From positions 55,178-87,177 of the forward strand of contig CAZNZM010000001.1 in assembly GCA_964577555.1 (NCBI GenBank): a DNA stretch of 32,000 bases, read 5' to 3'. Under the pieces are notes generated by a model. The model saw only the letters and a list, made by a program, of their open reading frames with translations, was not told the DNA's origin and did not search any database. The position numbers were made by a program, and so were the translations under genes. Every line of letters starts with the position of its first letter. Position 1 is the stretch's first letter. Source of the DNA: an uncultured archaeon. Lineage in GTDB: Archaea; Iainarchaeota; Iainarchaeia; Iainarchaeales; Iainarchaeaceae. Below, piece by piece: positions 1 to 8,519 of this stretch.

Positions 1-3000
1 CTGGAATTGCAAAAAGATACAGGGAACTTTTTTCAGAGCATAACAAAGACAGAAACGCCACTATTTTTCAGCTCTTCAAGGAAATCATAGAAGGAAAACT
101 TGGTGAAATACCTGACCCTGAAAAGAGGCTTGAACAAGCGGTTAGAACATCTCTGGTGCTTGTTACCGAAGGAGTTGTTGTTGCACCGCTTGATGGCGTG
201 CCAAAAGTAAAAATAAGCACCAACCCTGATGGCTCAAAGTATGTTGATATTTACTTTGCAGGCCCTATAAGAGCGGCAGGCGGCACTGCCACGGTTTTCC
301 CGTTGATACTTGGGGATTATGCGAGGCAACTCATGCAACTTGACAGATACAAGCCAATAGATGACGAAGTTGAAAGGTATGTTGAAGAAATCAATATTTA
401 CGACGAAATAATCACGCGGCAATACAAGTTGAAAGATGATGAAATAAGAAAAATAATAAGAGGTTGTCCTGTCTGCGTGAATGGCGAACCAACCGAAGAC
501 AGAGAAGTTGTTGCACATCGCGATTTGCAAAGAATACCTTCAAATAGAATCAGAGGCGGAATGTGCCTTGTTATTTCAGAAGGAATTGGATTAAAAGCAA
601 TGAAAATAATGAAGCTTGCAAAAATGCTTGGATTGAATTGGAATTGGCTTGAATCAATCGCAAAAATAAGCAAAAGCGGTGGAAGTGAAAGCGAAATAAA
701 ACCAAATTATTCTTATCTTTCAAGAATCGCGGCAGGCCGGCCAATATTTTCATACCCTTCAAGGCTTGGCGGTTTTAGGTTGAGGTATGGCAGAGCCAGA
801 AATACTTGTGTAATGGCAAAAGGAATACACCCTGCAACAATGGTGTTGCTTGATGGTTTTATTGCTGTTGGAACCCAAATAAAAATAGAAAGACCTGGAA
901 AAAGTGCGGAAATGTTTCCTGTTGATTCAATTGACGGCCCAATAGTCAAGTTATTCTCCGGCGAAGTGAAAAAAATAAATAATGCAAATGAAGCAGAGCA
1001 AATAAAGGAAAAAGTAAAAGAAATACTTTTTCTAGGAGACATGCTTGTGAATGTAGGCGATTTCAGAAAAACTGCACACCCGCTAATGCCGGCTGGCTAC
1101 TGCCACGAATGGTGGGGCCTTGAAGTGGAAAAAGCGGTTTTTGAAAAAAAAAGCGATGAAAAATGGCTTGAAACAGCAAAAAACTCCAACAATGTAAGCG
1201 AAGAAATTGCATTAAAAGCATGTGAAGAACTTGGGGTTCCATTGCACCCTGAATACATTCATTATTATTCTGCCCTTTCAATTGAAGAAGCTTGCGAAAT
1301 AGTAATAGCGGTAAGAAGCGGGAGCAAAATTGAAAGCAACGGAAAAATAAACGCACTTGAAATTCAAAACTTGCCTAAAATCAAGGAAGCACTTGAAAAA
1401 GCAGGAATACCTCATAAAGTCGCAGGAGAAAAAATAATTATAAGCAATAGCGCGCATTCCTTTTTCAAGACTTTTGGAGGCGAAAATTCAAAAGAGCCTG
1501 ACAAATCATTGAACGTACTTGAATTGCTTTCAAACCTTTCAGGAATGAAAATCCGGGACAAAGCTGGAACATTTATAGGCTGCAGAATGGGAAGGCCTGA
1601 AGCATCAAGGCCGAGAAAAATGGTTGGAGACCCAATGGTGCTTTTTCCAATAGGTATTGCAGGAGGAAACACAAGGTCAATAAACAAAGCTGCTGAAACC
1701 CAAGGAATAATAGAAGCCGAAATAGCTTATTTTATTGATCCTGAAACAGGCAAGATTGAAGAGCAACCATTTTCGCTTACAACCGGAAAAAGGCTTGAGT
1801 TAATGAGAAAATGCAAAAAATGCAACAAATTTTCAAAAATGGAAAAGTGCCCCAATTGCAAATCGGAAACAGAAGCTTTTAATGCAAGAAAATTCAACAT
1901 TGCCGAACTCGTCAGGCAAGCCTCATCAAAGTTGAATGTGCCAACACCTCAATTAATAAAAGGTGTTAAAGGGCTTATAAACGCGGAAAAAATTCCAGAG
2001 CCTATAGAAAAGGGAATTTTGAGGGCAAGGCAAAACTTGCACATATTTAGAGATGGAACAATCAGATTTGAAATGCTCAACGCACCACTCACGCATTTTA
2101 AGCCTTCAGAAATAGGTCTTTCTGTTGAAAAAGCCAAAGAATTGGGTTACTTGTTTGATAAAAACGGCAAGGAACTCGTATCTGAAAACCAAATATGCGA
2201 ATTGTTTCCACAAGACATAATAGTAAATGAAACTGCCGGAGACTTTTTTGTAAGAGTGTCAAAATTTCTGGACGAAGAACTTGAAAAATTTTATGGATTG
2301 CCAAAATACTTTAATTATGATTCAAAAAACCAGTTGATTGGAGAATTATTTCTTGGTCTTGCACCGCATACATCCGCCGGAGTGCTTTGCAGATTGATAG
2401 GTTACTCCAAGGCAAAACTGAATTTTGCCCACCCGTATTTTCATCTTGCAAAAAGAAGAAATGCCGACGGAGACCAGGATTCTGTCATGATGTTGATGGA
2501 TGCCTTATTGAATTTCTCAAAAAACTATTTGCCTTCCACAAGAGGAGGCAGAATGGACGCCCCACTTGTCTTCACAGTCAACATAAATCCTTTGGAAATA
2601 GATGACGAAGCATACGAAGTTGAAGTATGCTCCAAATACCCTTTAGAATTATATGAAAAAAGCCTTATTCATGCTGATCCAAAAATAGATTCCATACCTA
2701 TTGTTGGCGACAGAATAGGAAAACCTGAACAATTTTATGGATTGGAGTATACGCACGAAACCTCAATATTTGATGCCGGACCAAAAGCATCAACATATGT
2801 AACATTCAAATCAATGGAAGAAAAAATGAAAGCCCAAGCCGCGATACAAGAAAAAATCAGGGCTATTGACAAAAAAGACTCTTTAGAAAGAGTTCTTGTA
2901 AGCCACTTTCTGCCTGATATAATAGGAAATACAAGGGCTTTCGCAAGACAGGAATTCAGGTGCTCAAAATGCAATACAAAGTATAGAAGAATTCCTCTTG

Positions 3001-3209
3001 TCGGGAAATGCACAAAATGCGGAGAAGAAAAACTTATTTTGACAATAGCACAGGGCTCGGTAAGAAAATACATGATAATAGCAAAAGAACTAATAGCAAA
3101 ACACAATTTAAGCAATTACTTAAAGCAAAGAATAGAATTGATAGAAAAAGAAATAGATTCAGTTTTTGCAACGGAAACAAAGCAAAAAAGCCTTTTGCAA
3201 TTCGTATAA
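1..3209 (+). CDS. polC: DNA polymerase D (archaeal Pol II) large subunit DP2, 5'-truncated by the window edge
   Basis: The frame of ORF 156..3209 stays open back to base 3, so the gene starts upstream of the window. The translation carries DP2 hallmarks: catalytic acidic motif HPYFHLAKRRNADGDQDSVMMLMD, two Cys4 zinc modules (CKKCNKFSKMEKCPNC and CSKCNTKYRRIPLVGKCTKCG), and GCRMGRPE. Confidence 0.95.
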   Translation, partial: GIAKRYRELFSEHNKDRNATIFQLFKEIIEGKLGEIPDPEKRLEQAVRTSLVLVTEGVVVAPLDGVPKVKISTNPDGSKYVDIYFAGPIRAAGGTATVFPLILGDYARQLMQLDRYKPIDDEVERYVEEINIYDEIITRQYKLKDDEIRKIIRGCPVCVNGEPTEDREVVAHRDLQRIPSNRIRGGMCLVISEGIGLKAMKIMKLAKMLGLNWNWLESIAKISKSGGSESEIKPNYSYLSRIAAGRPIFSYPSRLGGFRLRYGRARNTCVMAKGIHPATMVLLDGFIAVGTQIKIERPGKSAEMFPVDSIDGPIVKLFSGEVKKINNANEAEQIKEKVKEILFLGDMLVNVGDFRKTAHPLMPAGYCHEWWGLEVEKAVFEKKSDEKWLETAKNSNNVSEEIALKACEELGVPLHPEYIHYYSALSIEEACEIVIAVRSGSKIESNGKINALEIQNLPKIKEALEKAGIPHKVAGEKIIISNSAHSFFKTFGGENSKEPDKSLNVLELLSNLSGMKIRDKAGTFIGCRMGRPEASRPRKMVGDPMVLFPIGIAGGNTRSINKAAETQGIIEAEIAYFIDPETGKIEEQPFSLTTGKRLELMRKCKKCNKFSKMEKCPNCKSETEAFNARKFNIAELVRQASSKLNVPTPQLIKGVKGLINAEKIPEPIEKGILRARQNLHIFRDGTIRFEMLNAPLTHFKPSEIGLSVEKAKELGYLFDKNGKELVSENQICELFPQDIIVNETAGDFFVRVSKFLDEELEKFYGLPKYFNYDSKNQLIGELFLGLAPHTSAGVLCRLIGYSKAKLNFAHPYFHLAKRRNADGDQDSVMMLMDALLNFSKNYLPSTRGGRMDAPLVFTVNINPLEIDDEAYEVEVCSKYPLELYEKSLIHADPKIDSIPIVGDRIGKPEQFYGLEYTHETSIFDAGPKASTYVTFKSMEEKMKAQAAIQEKIRAIDKKDSLERVLVSHFLPDIIGNTRAFARQEFRCSKCNTKYRRIPLVGKCTKCGEEKLILTIAQGSVRKYMIIAKELIAKHNLSNYLKQRIELIEKEIDSVFATETKQKSLLQFV

Positions 3210-3527
3210 AAAATAAAATGTCTAAACGGCTCGCCAAAACAAACGACAAAAAAACAGCTTGGCACAAAAAAACTACTTGCAAAAAAAACAAATTCCAATT
3301 AAAAAAATGACAAAAAAAATAATTGACAAAAAAACTTGGCTAGCAATATCAAAAAAAACAAAAACTAATTATAAAATTAAAAAAAATAAAATTGGCTCAC
3401 AAAAAACAAACAACAAAAAAAAACAAAATTGACCAAAAAAAAAGGCTAGGCAAAAACAACCCAACAAAAAATAAAAAATTCGCTAGAAAAGAACACAAAA
3501 AAAACTAGTCATAAGAAAAGAAAAAAA
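3210..3527 (+). repeat. A-rich mosaic intergenic tract, locus 1
   Basis: Fills the whole spacer between convergent genes polC (stop 3207-3209) and the 255-aa gene (stop 3528-3530). A-runs of 5-10 nt are separated by short G/C islands: CGGCTCGCC 3227-3235, CTTGGCAC 3258-3265, CTTGGCTAGC 3335-3344, TTGGCTCAC 3392-3400, GGCTAGGC 3444-3451. It shares the modules AAATGTCTAAA-CGGCTCGCC, CAAATTCCAAT and ATAATTGACAAAAAAA with 21361-22245. Confidence 0.85.
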
Positions 3528-4295
3528 TTAAAGCTTATAAACAAGAAAAAAAACCACAATTATTGCTATTATTGCAATTACAATAACTTTAAAATCGTCG
3601 TTCAGCAAATTTTGTTCGGCGTGTTTGTTGTTGTGCTTTGAATTCCTGTTTGGCAAAAAAAAATCAGTGATTGAACTTATAAAACTTGATATATACTTAA
3701 ACCATGTCCTTAAATTGAACATTTCAACATAAGCTTCGCGAAGCAATTCTCGTTTGGTTTTTTCACGCAATGGTGGATTGCCGTCATCAATCAATTCTTT
3801 TGTAACTGCATTCATTGTTGCAACATAGTTTATTTCATCAAGAGTGTATTCCAATACCCAAAATGGAACAAAAACCAATTCTATTCCAGAAATTATTACA
3901 TTATTTTTTGAAGCATTTTTTTCAGCGGAGAGTGCAACCAAAATTATTTTTTTTACATCGCGTTCTGAAATTCTCGGGCTGACAACTTCATATTTGTAGT
4001 CATGCGTTATTTCGGGAGACTTGATTCCGGATTCCAATACAGCCAAGTCGGAAAGTTCATGCGCTATTTCGTTGGTGAAAGCGTTGAAGGCCGAGTGTCC
4101 TTTGGCAATTATTTTGGTTTTTCCTGAAGATTCATCGTATATGTCGTATGAAAAAAAATAATATGGCAGGTACTTTATGTAAACTCTTCCAAATTGGTAA
4201 TTATTATAGCCTTTTGAATCCAATATGCGAGAAACTGTTTCTTCTGCGGTGATTATTTCAACATTTACGGAAAAAGCTGGTTTCTCGAGAAGCAT
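3528..4295 (-). CDS. hypothetical tail-anchored membrane protein, co-transcribed downstream of sepF
   Basis: 255-aa ORF. The ATG at 4295 is preceded by GAGGA about 7 nt upstream, 13 bp after the sepF stop. Soluble N-terminal region, with one C-terminal hydrophobic helix (FKVIVIAIIAIIVVFFLVYKL) at the extreme C-terminus. I recognise no family. Confidence 0.7.
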   Translation of the reverse strand: MLLEKPAFSVNVEIITAEETVSRILDSKGYNNYQFGRVYIKYLPYYFFSYDIYDESSGKTKIIAKGHSAFNAFTNEIAHELSDLAVLESGIKSPEITHDYKYEVVSPRISERDVKKIILVALSAEKNASKNNVIISGIELVFVPFWVLEYTLDEINYVATMNAVTKELIDDGNPPLREKTKRELLREAYVEMFNLRTWFKYISSFISSITDFFLPNRNSKHNNKHAEQNLLNDDFKVIVIAIIAIIVVFFLVYKL

Positions 4296-4308
4296 TTTTT
4301 TTCCTCAA

Positions 4309-4665
4309 TTACTCCCTTCTCTTAATGATTTTTACTCTGCTAGGAGTAACAAGGACTTTTTCTTGGCTTACCCTTGCAATGTCACCGTTTATGCTTTGGA
4401 CTCCTGCTTTTATGCTATTCACCAATTCTTTGAGTTTTTGCGCGTTTCTTTTGCTCAAATCAGCAATATTTACTAACACTATGTTGCCTTTTTTTGCTTC
4501 TTCAAGCACCAAATCCCTGTCGGATTCATTGTTAAGTGTTATAGGCTTAACAAAGGCATCAGCGTCTTCGTAAGGATCTTCTTGTTCAGTGTCCATTTTA
4601 TTCAAAAATTCTTCTACATCAAACTCATCCTTTTTTCTTCCAATGAGTTTTTCCATGAAAGCCAT
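4309..4665 (-). CDS. sepF: cell division protein SepF homolog (archaeal FtsZ membrane anchor family)
   Basis: 118 aa, the typical archaeal SepF length. Acidic N-terminal part followed by the SepF core pattern (AKKGNIVLVNIADLS ... INGDIARVSQEKVLVTPSRVKI). Strong SD GGAGGGGTGG 8 nt upstream of the ATG. Confidence 0.85.
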   Translation of the reverse strand: MAFMEKLIGRKKDEFDVEEFLNKMDTEQEDPYEDADAFVKPITLNNESDRDLVLEEAKKGNIVLVNIADLSKRNAQKLKELVNSIKAGVQSINGDIARVSQEKVLVTPSRVKIIKRRE

Positions 4666-4921
4666 TCAATAACCACCCCTCCAAATGAAAAAATTCTTAT
4701 AGAAATTTGTATGAAGCCTATTTTAACCTTTTGTTTAAAAGAAAAAATTGAAAAAAATGCTGAAAAAAACTAAAAAAATGCCAAAAATAACGGCTTGAAA
4801 TCAATTCGTGTTTTTTTGCCGTGTGAAAAATTAGAAATCCGAACTTAATACCGGAATTGGTTTAATTCCACAACTCAATTTTTTTTTATTAAGTTGCATT
4901 TATTTTGAATAGGGGGTTTTT
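4666..4921. promoter_or_regulatory. divergent sepF / orc1-cdc6 control region; weak candidate replication origin
   Basis: 256-bp spacer with an A/T-rich stretch at 4735-4795, an inverted repeat GGAATT-GGTTT-AATTCC at 4853-4869, and TTCCACAAC at 4866-4874. The SD boxes of both flanking genes lie at its ends. No clear pair of ORB elements was found. Confidence 0.35.
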
Positions 4922-6124
4922 GTGGAGAATATTTTTGAAAAAGAATTTGCTAAAGAAACTATTTTTGTTGACCGCAATTTGATGACTCCGCATTATACTC
5001 CGAAAGTGTTGCCTTTCAGGGAGCCTTTTATTGAAAGCACTTCAAAAATATTGAGTGCCACCTTGAAAGGCGCGAAAGCCGACAATATTTTCATTTATGG
5101 CAAAACAGGAACAGGCAAAACCAGTGTGACAAAGCATGTCATGAATCAATTGCTTGAATTTGCTTCTTCTAAAAATGTGCCGGTTGAAGGCAATTATGTA
5201 AATTGCAGAAATCACAACAGCAAATACAGAGTCATGATTAAAATAGTGAAAGACCTTTATCCGGAAGAAAATTTCCTTGGTTTTTCCGCTGCTTTTATTT
5301 ATGAAAAACTCTTGGCTTACGCGAGAAAGGGCAAACAATTGGTAATTGTCTTGGACGAAATTGACAAAGTCAAGGATCTTGATGAACTTGTTTACGGGCT
5401 TACCAGGGCAAATGATGAATTGGATAAAGGCAGCATAACTTTGATTGGAATCTCAAACAATTTAATGTTCAAAGAAAGACTTGACCCTCGAACAAAAAGC
5501 AGTTTATGCCAACATGAAATGGTTTTCCCGCCTTACAATGCACAAGAATTAGTAGAAATTTTAAAACAAAGAACCGCAATAGCGTTCAAGCCTAATACTG
5601 TTGACGAATCAGCAATAAATTTGGCCGCGGCAATTGCGGCGCAGGAATCCGGGGATGCAAGAACTGCAGTAATGCTTTTGCTTCGCGCTGGAGAACTTGC
5701 AGACATGAAAGGAGGCATAGTCACTGACAAAGAAGTGCAAAAAGCAAAAAAACAGGTAGAGGAAGAGCTTATAATTAACATGGTTTCAACATTGCCTGAA
5801 CAACAACAGCTTGTATTGTATTCAATAGCGTGCTTGTCATTGCAAAAAAAACCGATGCAAAAAATTACTGGGGAAAAAGAAACAGGAGTATTATTTTCAG
5901 GAGAAATTTATGACGAGTATTGCAAAATTTCAAAAAAATTCAAAGAGCAAACAGTCAGTGCTCGTTGGTATAGGGAATATATAACAGAACTTGAAATGTA
6001 TGGCTTGATTTACACCGCAAATTCGGGCAAAGGGATTAAAGGGCAAACAACCCTAATAAAACTGGATTTTGAAGCTGAAAAAATAAAAAATTTGATAGAG
6101 AAGCAATTATTGGAAGTGAATTGA
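4922..6124 (+). CDS. cdc6: Orc1/Cdc6 replication initiator
   Basis: 400 aa. Walker A YGKTGTGKT, Walker B VIVLDEID, and sensor region GDARTAVMLLLRAGELA followed by a winged-helix-like C-terminus. GTG start 5 nt after GGGGG (4912-4916). Confidence 0.95.
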   Translation: MENIFEKEFAKETIFVDRNLMTPHYTPKVLPFREPFIESTSKILSATLKGAKADNIFIYGKTGTGKTSVTKHVMNQLLEFASSKNVPVEGNYVNCRNHNSKYRVMIKIVKDLYPEENFLGFSAAFIYEKLLAYARKGKQLVIVLDEIDKVKDLDELVYGLTRANDELDKGSITLIGISNNLMFKERLDPRTKSSLCQHEMVFPPYNAQELVEILKQRTAIAFKPNTVDESAINLAAAIAAQESGDARTAVMLLLRAGELADMKGGIVTDKEVQKAKKQVEEELIINMVSTLPEQQQLVLYSIACLSLQKKPMQKITGEKETGVLFSGEIYDEYCKISKKFKEQTVSARWYREYITELEMYGLIYTANSGKGIKGQTTLIKLDFEAEKIKNLIEKQLLEVN

Positions 6125-6218
6125 ACTTTGTTTTATGATGTTTGTAATAAAAAATTAAAATTTGCATGTGCCTTGGCATTCAAATGCGACACTTATTGAG
6201 TGACCAGCCACTTATTTG

Positions 6219-6238
6219 TTTTTTTGCCGCGAAAAAAA
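6219..6238. terminator. bidirectional oligo-T terminator candidate (T7-GCCGCG-A7) between convergent cdc6 and hel308
   Basis: TTTTTTTGCCGCGAAAAAAA presents an oligo-T run to transcripts from either strand. Archaeal termination uses oligo-T tracts. Confidence 0.5.
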
Positions 6239-6330
6239 GTTCTTCATCAATTCCTTAAAAGACAAGGATTTTTCTTGCAAGTATCAAATTTGAATTTGCG
6301 GTTTGGCATCAAAATTTACTCTGACAAAAA

Positions 6331-8433
6331 TTATTTTTTTATCTCTAATTGTTTCTTTACTTTCAAAGCTGTTTTCTCGCCAAGAACCTTTTGAAGGTCT
6401 TTTATGTCGGTTTTTTTCACGTCAGAAATTGTTTTAACGCCTGCGTTGAAAAGTCTTCTCGCCCTTACGCGCCCAATGCCATTAAACTCGCAAAGATGTA
6501 TCAACTCCTCTCTTATGCCTTTTTTAATCCTTTTGTGCAACTTTTTAAGTCTTGGCAAATGTTCTTTAATGTCCAAAATTCTTGCAATTTCATGCAAAGA
6601 ATATACAAGCCAATCTGCATTTTCAACCATTGACATTAAAAAACCTGGCTTGATTCCGTAAGTGTCGCAAATAGCCTGCTCTTTGACTTCTGAAATCCAA
6701 TCATTAAGAATACTGGCAGTCCAAACTCTTGAAACAAGCAACTCTTCCTCAGACATTTCATCGCCATTTACTGGAATGAATTCTCGGTATTCCTCTAACA
6801 AAGATAGTGCTTGCAAGTATTCTGATTGGAGGAGTTGAATTTGAGAATGGTCTAATTCAAAATATTCAGCAACTATGAAAAGATAAGAAAAATCGTGTAA
6901 ATTTTTCTTTTTCAAATAAGATATTATTTTATGGGCCGCAATCGGATCAAGGTACAATTCTGCAATTCTTGCGCCCAAAACAGTGGCTTCTATTCTTGCA
7001 TCATTGGTTTTAATAAAACCAATTTTTTCCAAATCAAATAACAATGATTTTATTTTCTCATAAAGAAGGGAAATGTCGCGGTATTGATGCGCATAAAATG
7101 TTTTTGAAAAAAATTTTTCCGCTGAATAAATGTCAAAAATAAAACCTGATGAAATTGCTGCAAGCAAATGAAATGATAAATCGTCTTTCTGGGCAATACT
7201 TGAATTTACTGGTTCAACCTCTCCGTTGACAAAGTATTCTGAATAATTTTCTTTTTCAGTTTCGTTTTTTGCAATTATTATTGACTCGCCACTTAAATCA
7301 TATTTGGGTCTTCCAGCCCTGCCGGCCATTTGTTTGTACTCGAATACAGGAATAGTATACCTGCCTTTAGACCCATAACGATAAAGGCTTTGTATAATAA
7401 CCCTGAAAGCAGGAAGATTTACTCCTGCTGCCAAAGTCGGGGTTGAAGAAATGAATTTCAAATGATTTTCTTTGAACAAATTTTCTATTATGATGCGTTG
7501 CTTCTGCAACAATCCAGCATGATGAAAACAAGAACCTTGTTTTATCAAGGATGCAATCAAATTGCATTGTTCTGTTGGTTCTTCAAGTACTGAAAGAATT
7601 TCTTTTGCAGCTTTGCTCAAAGCGACACGATCATCTTCAGTAAGATATTTTTCAGATATTCTTGCAAGCTTTTTGGAATTGCTTTCCGACATCTTGCGGC
7701 TGTTGGCAAAAATCAAAGCCTGTTTTCCTTTCTTCAAAGTGTCTAACGCTAATGATGATATTTCGTCTTCTTCAAGTTTTATTTCTTCAACGGAATTTGG
7801 AAAAATTATTTTTCCATCCAAAAAAATTCCTTCTAATAATTTTACCGGCCTATAATTGCTTTGAACGGGCTTTGCTTCAAGCCATTGAGCTATTTCAAAA
7901 GCGTTCGGAATTGTGGCAGAAAGCCCTATAATTTGAATACTTGGATTAGAGATAATTATTTTCACTATCAACATTTCAAGAGTTGAACCACGGTCTGTGC
8001 CAAGGCAGTGAATTTCGTCAATGATTAGGCAACCTATATTTGAAATCCAATTGGCTTTGTGCGTTATCAAAGAATCTAGCTTTTCATAAGTAGTAAAAAT
8101 AACGTCGTTTCTGCCCAGGTTTTCGCCTTTAGAGTCAAAGTCGCCAGTGCTTAATGCTGTGTGTATTGAAAACTTTTCAGAATACTTTCTTTTAAAATCG
8201 TGGGCGTGTTCTGCCGCCAAGGCACGCAAAGGACAAGTATAAACCGCTTTTTTTCTTTTATTAAGCACTGATTGCAAAATCCCTATTTCCGCAATAATTG
8301 TTTTTCCGGAAGCCGTAGGAGAACTCACTATAATGCTGTTTTCAAGCAAACCTTCTTCTATTGCTTTTTTCTGCATTGGATTAAAAGACTCAAAATTGTT
8401 GGCTTCCTTGACAATCTTCAAAACATCCATCAA
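6331..8433 (-). CDS. hel308: Hel308/Hjm-type Ski2-like DNA helicase
   Basis: 700 aa. Walker A SPTASGKT, DEIH box, SAT, motif VI QMAGRAGRP, and a C-terminal helix-hairpin-helix GIGRVRARRLFNAGV. The ORF track starts at TTG 8433; the adjacent ATG at 8430 is the more likely start. Confidence 0.9.
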   Translation of the reverse strand: MMDVLKIVKEANNFESFNPMQKKAIEEGLLENSIIVSSPTASGKTIIAEIGILQSVLNKRKKAVYTCPLRALAAEHAHDFKRKYSEKFSIHTALSTGDFDSKGENLGRNDVIFTTYEKLDSLITHKANWISNIGCLIIDEIHCLGTDRGSTLEMLIVKIIISNPSIQIIGLSATIPNAFEIAQWLEAKPVQSNYRPVKLLEGIFLDGKIIFPNSVEEIKLEEDEISSLALDTLKKGKQALIFANSRKMSESNSKKLARISEKYLTEDDRVALSKAAKEILSVLEEPTEQCNLIASLIKQGSCFHHAGLLQKQRIIIENLFKENHLKFISSTPTLAAGVNLPAFRVIIQSLYRYGSKGRYTIPVFEYKQMAGRAGRPKYDLSGESIIIAKNETEKENYSEYFVNGEVEPVNSSIAQKDDLSFHLLAAISSGFIFDIYSAEKFFSKTFYAHQYRDISLLYEKIKSLLFDLEKIGFIKTNDARIEATVLGARIAELYLDPIAAHKIISYLKKKNLHDFSYLFIVAEYFELDHSQIQLLQSEYLQALSLLEEYREFIPVNGDEMSEEELLVSRVWTASILNDWISEVKEQAICDTYGIKPGFLMSMVENADWLVYSLHEIARILDIKEHLPRLKKLHKRIKKGIREELIHLCEFNGIGRVRARRLFNAGVKTISDVKKTDIKDLQKVLGEKTALKVKKQLEIKK

Positions 8434-8482
8434 ATCAAAAAAAAAGCTTTTATTGAAAGAATTTAATATATTAATGTCTATT

Positions 8483-8506
8483 CTTATAACAAAACTTATA
8501 ACAAAA
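8483..8506 (+). repeat. perfect 12-bp tandem duplication CTTATAACAAAA x2 just upstream of the SD of the giant gene
   Basis: Read directly: cttataacaaaa at 8483-8494 and again at 8495-8506. Each copy contains a TATA-like TTATAA. GGTG follows at 8509-8512 and the TTG start at 8520. Confidence 0.8.
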
Positions 8507-8519
8507 AAGGTGCTTTCCT

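Noticed and set aside
3008-3310. ORF-track entries inside or across the A-rich tracts: 3008..3310(+), 3034..3291(-), 3116..3298(-), 20698..21582(-), 21781..22113(-), 21858..22067(-), 24821..25075(-), 25054..25263(+)
   Set aside because: Translations are Lys-rich or Phe-rich low-complexity strings produced by poly-A/poly-T. Several overlap well-supported genes (polC, FKBP, fttA) on the opposite strand or in another frame.
4666-4921. Canonical ORB/mini-ORB origin elements next to orc1/cdc6
   Set aside because: Only one partial TTCCA-type match (4866-4874) and one short inverted repeat were found. There is no repeated ORB pair, so the origin is kept only as a low-confidence candidate.
6200-6394. 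64-aa plus-strand ORF in the cdc6/hel308 convergent spacer
   Set aside because: It overlaps the 3' end of hel308 and the bidirectional terminator, has a hydrophobic low-complexity translation, and has no SD or TATA.
1-8433. Inteins or other insertions in polC, cdc6 or hel308
   Set aside because: Protein lengths and motif spacing are normal for these families, and no Cys/Ser...HN splice-junction blocks or homing-endonuclease motifs were seen.
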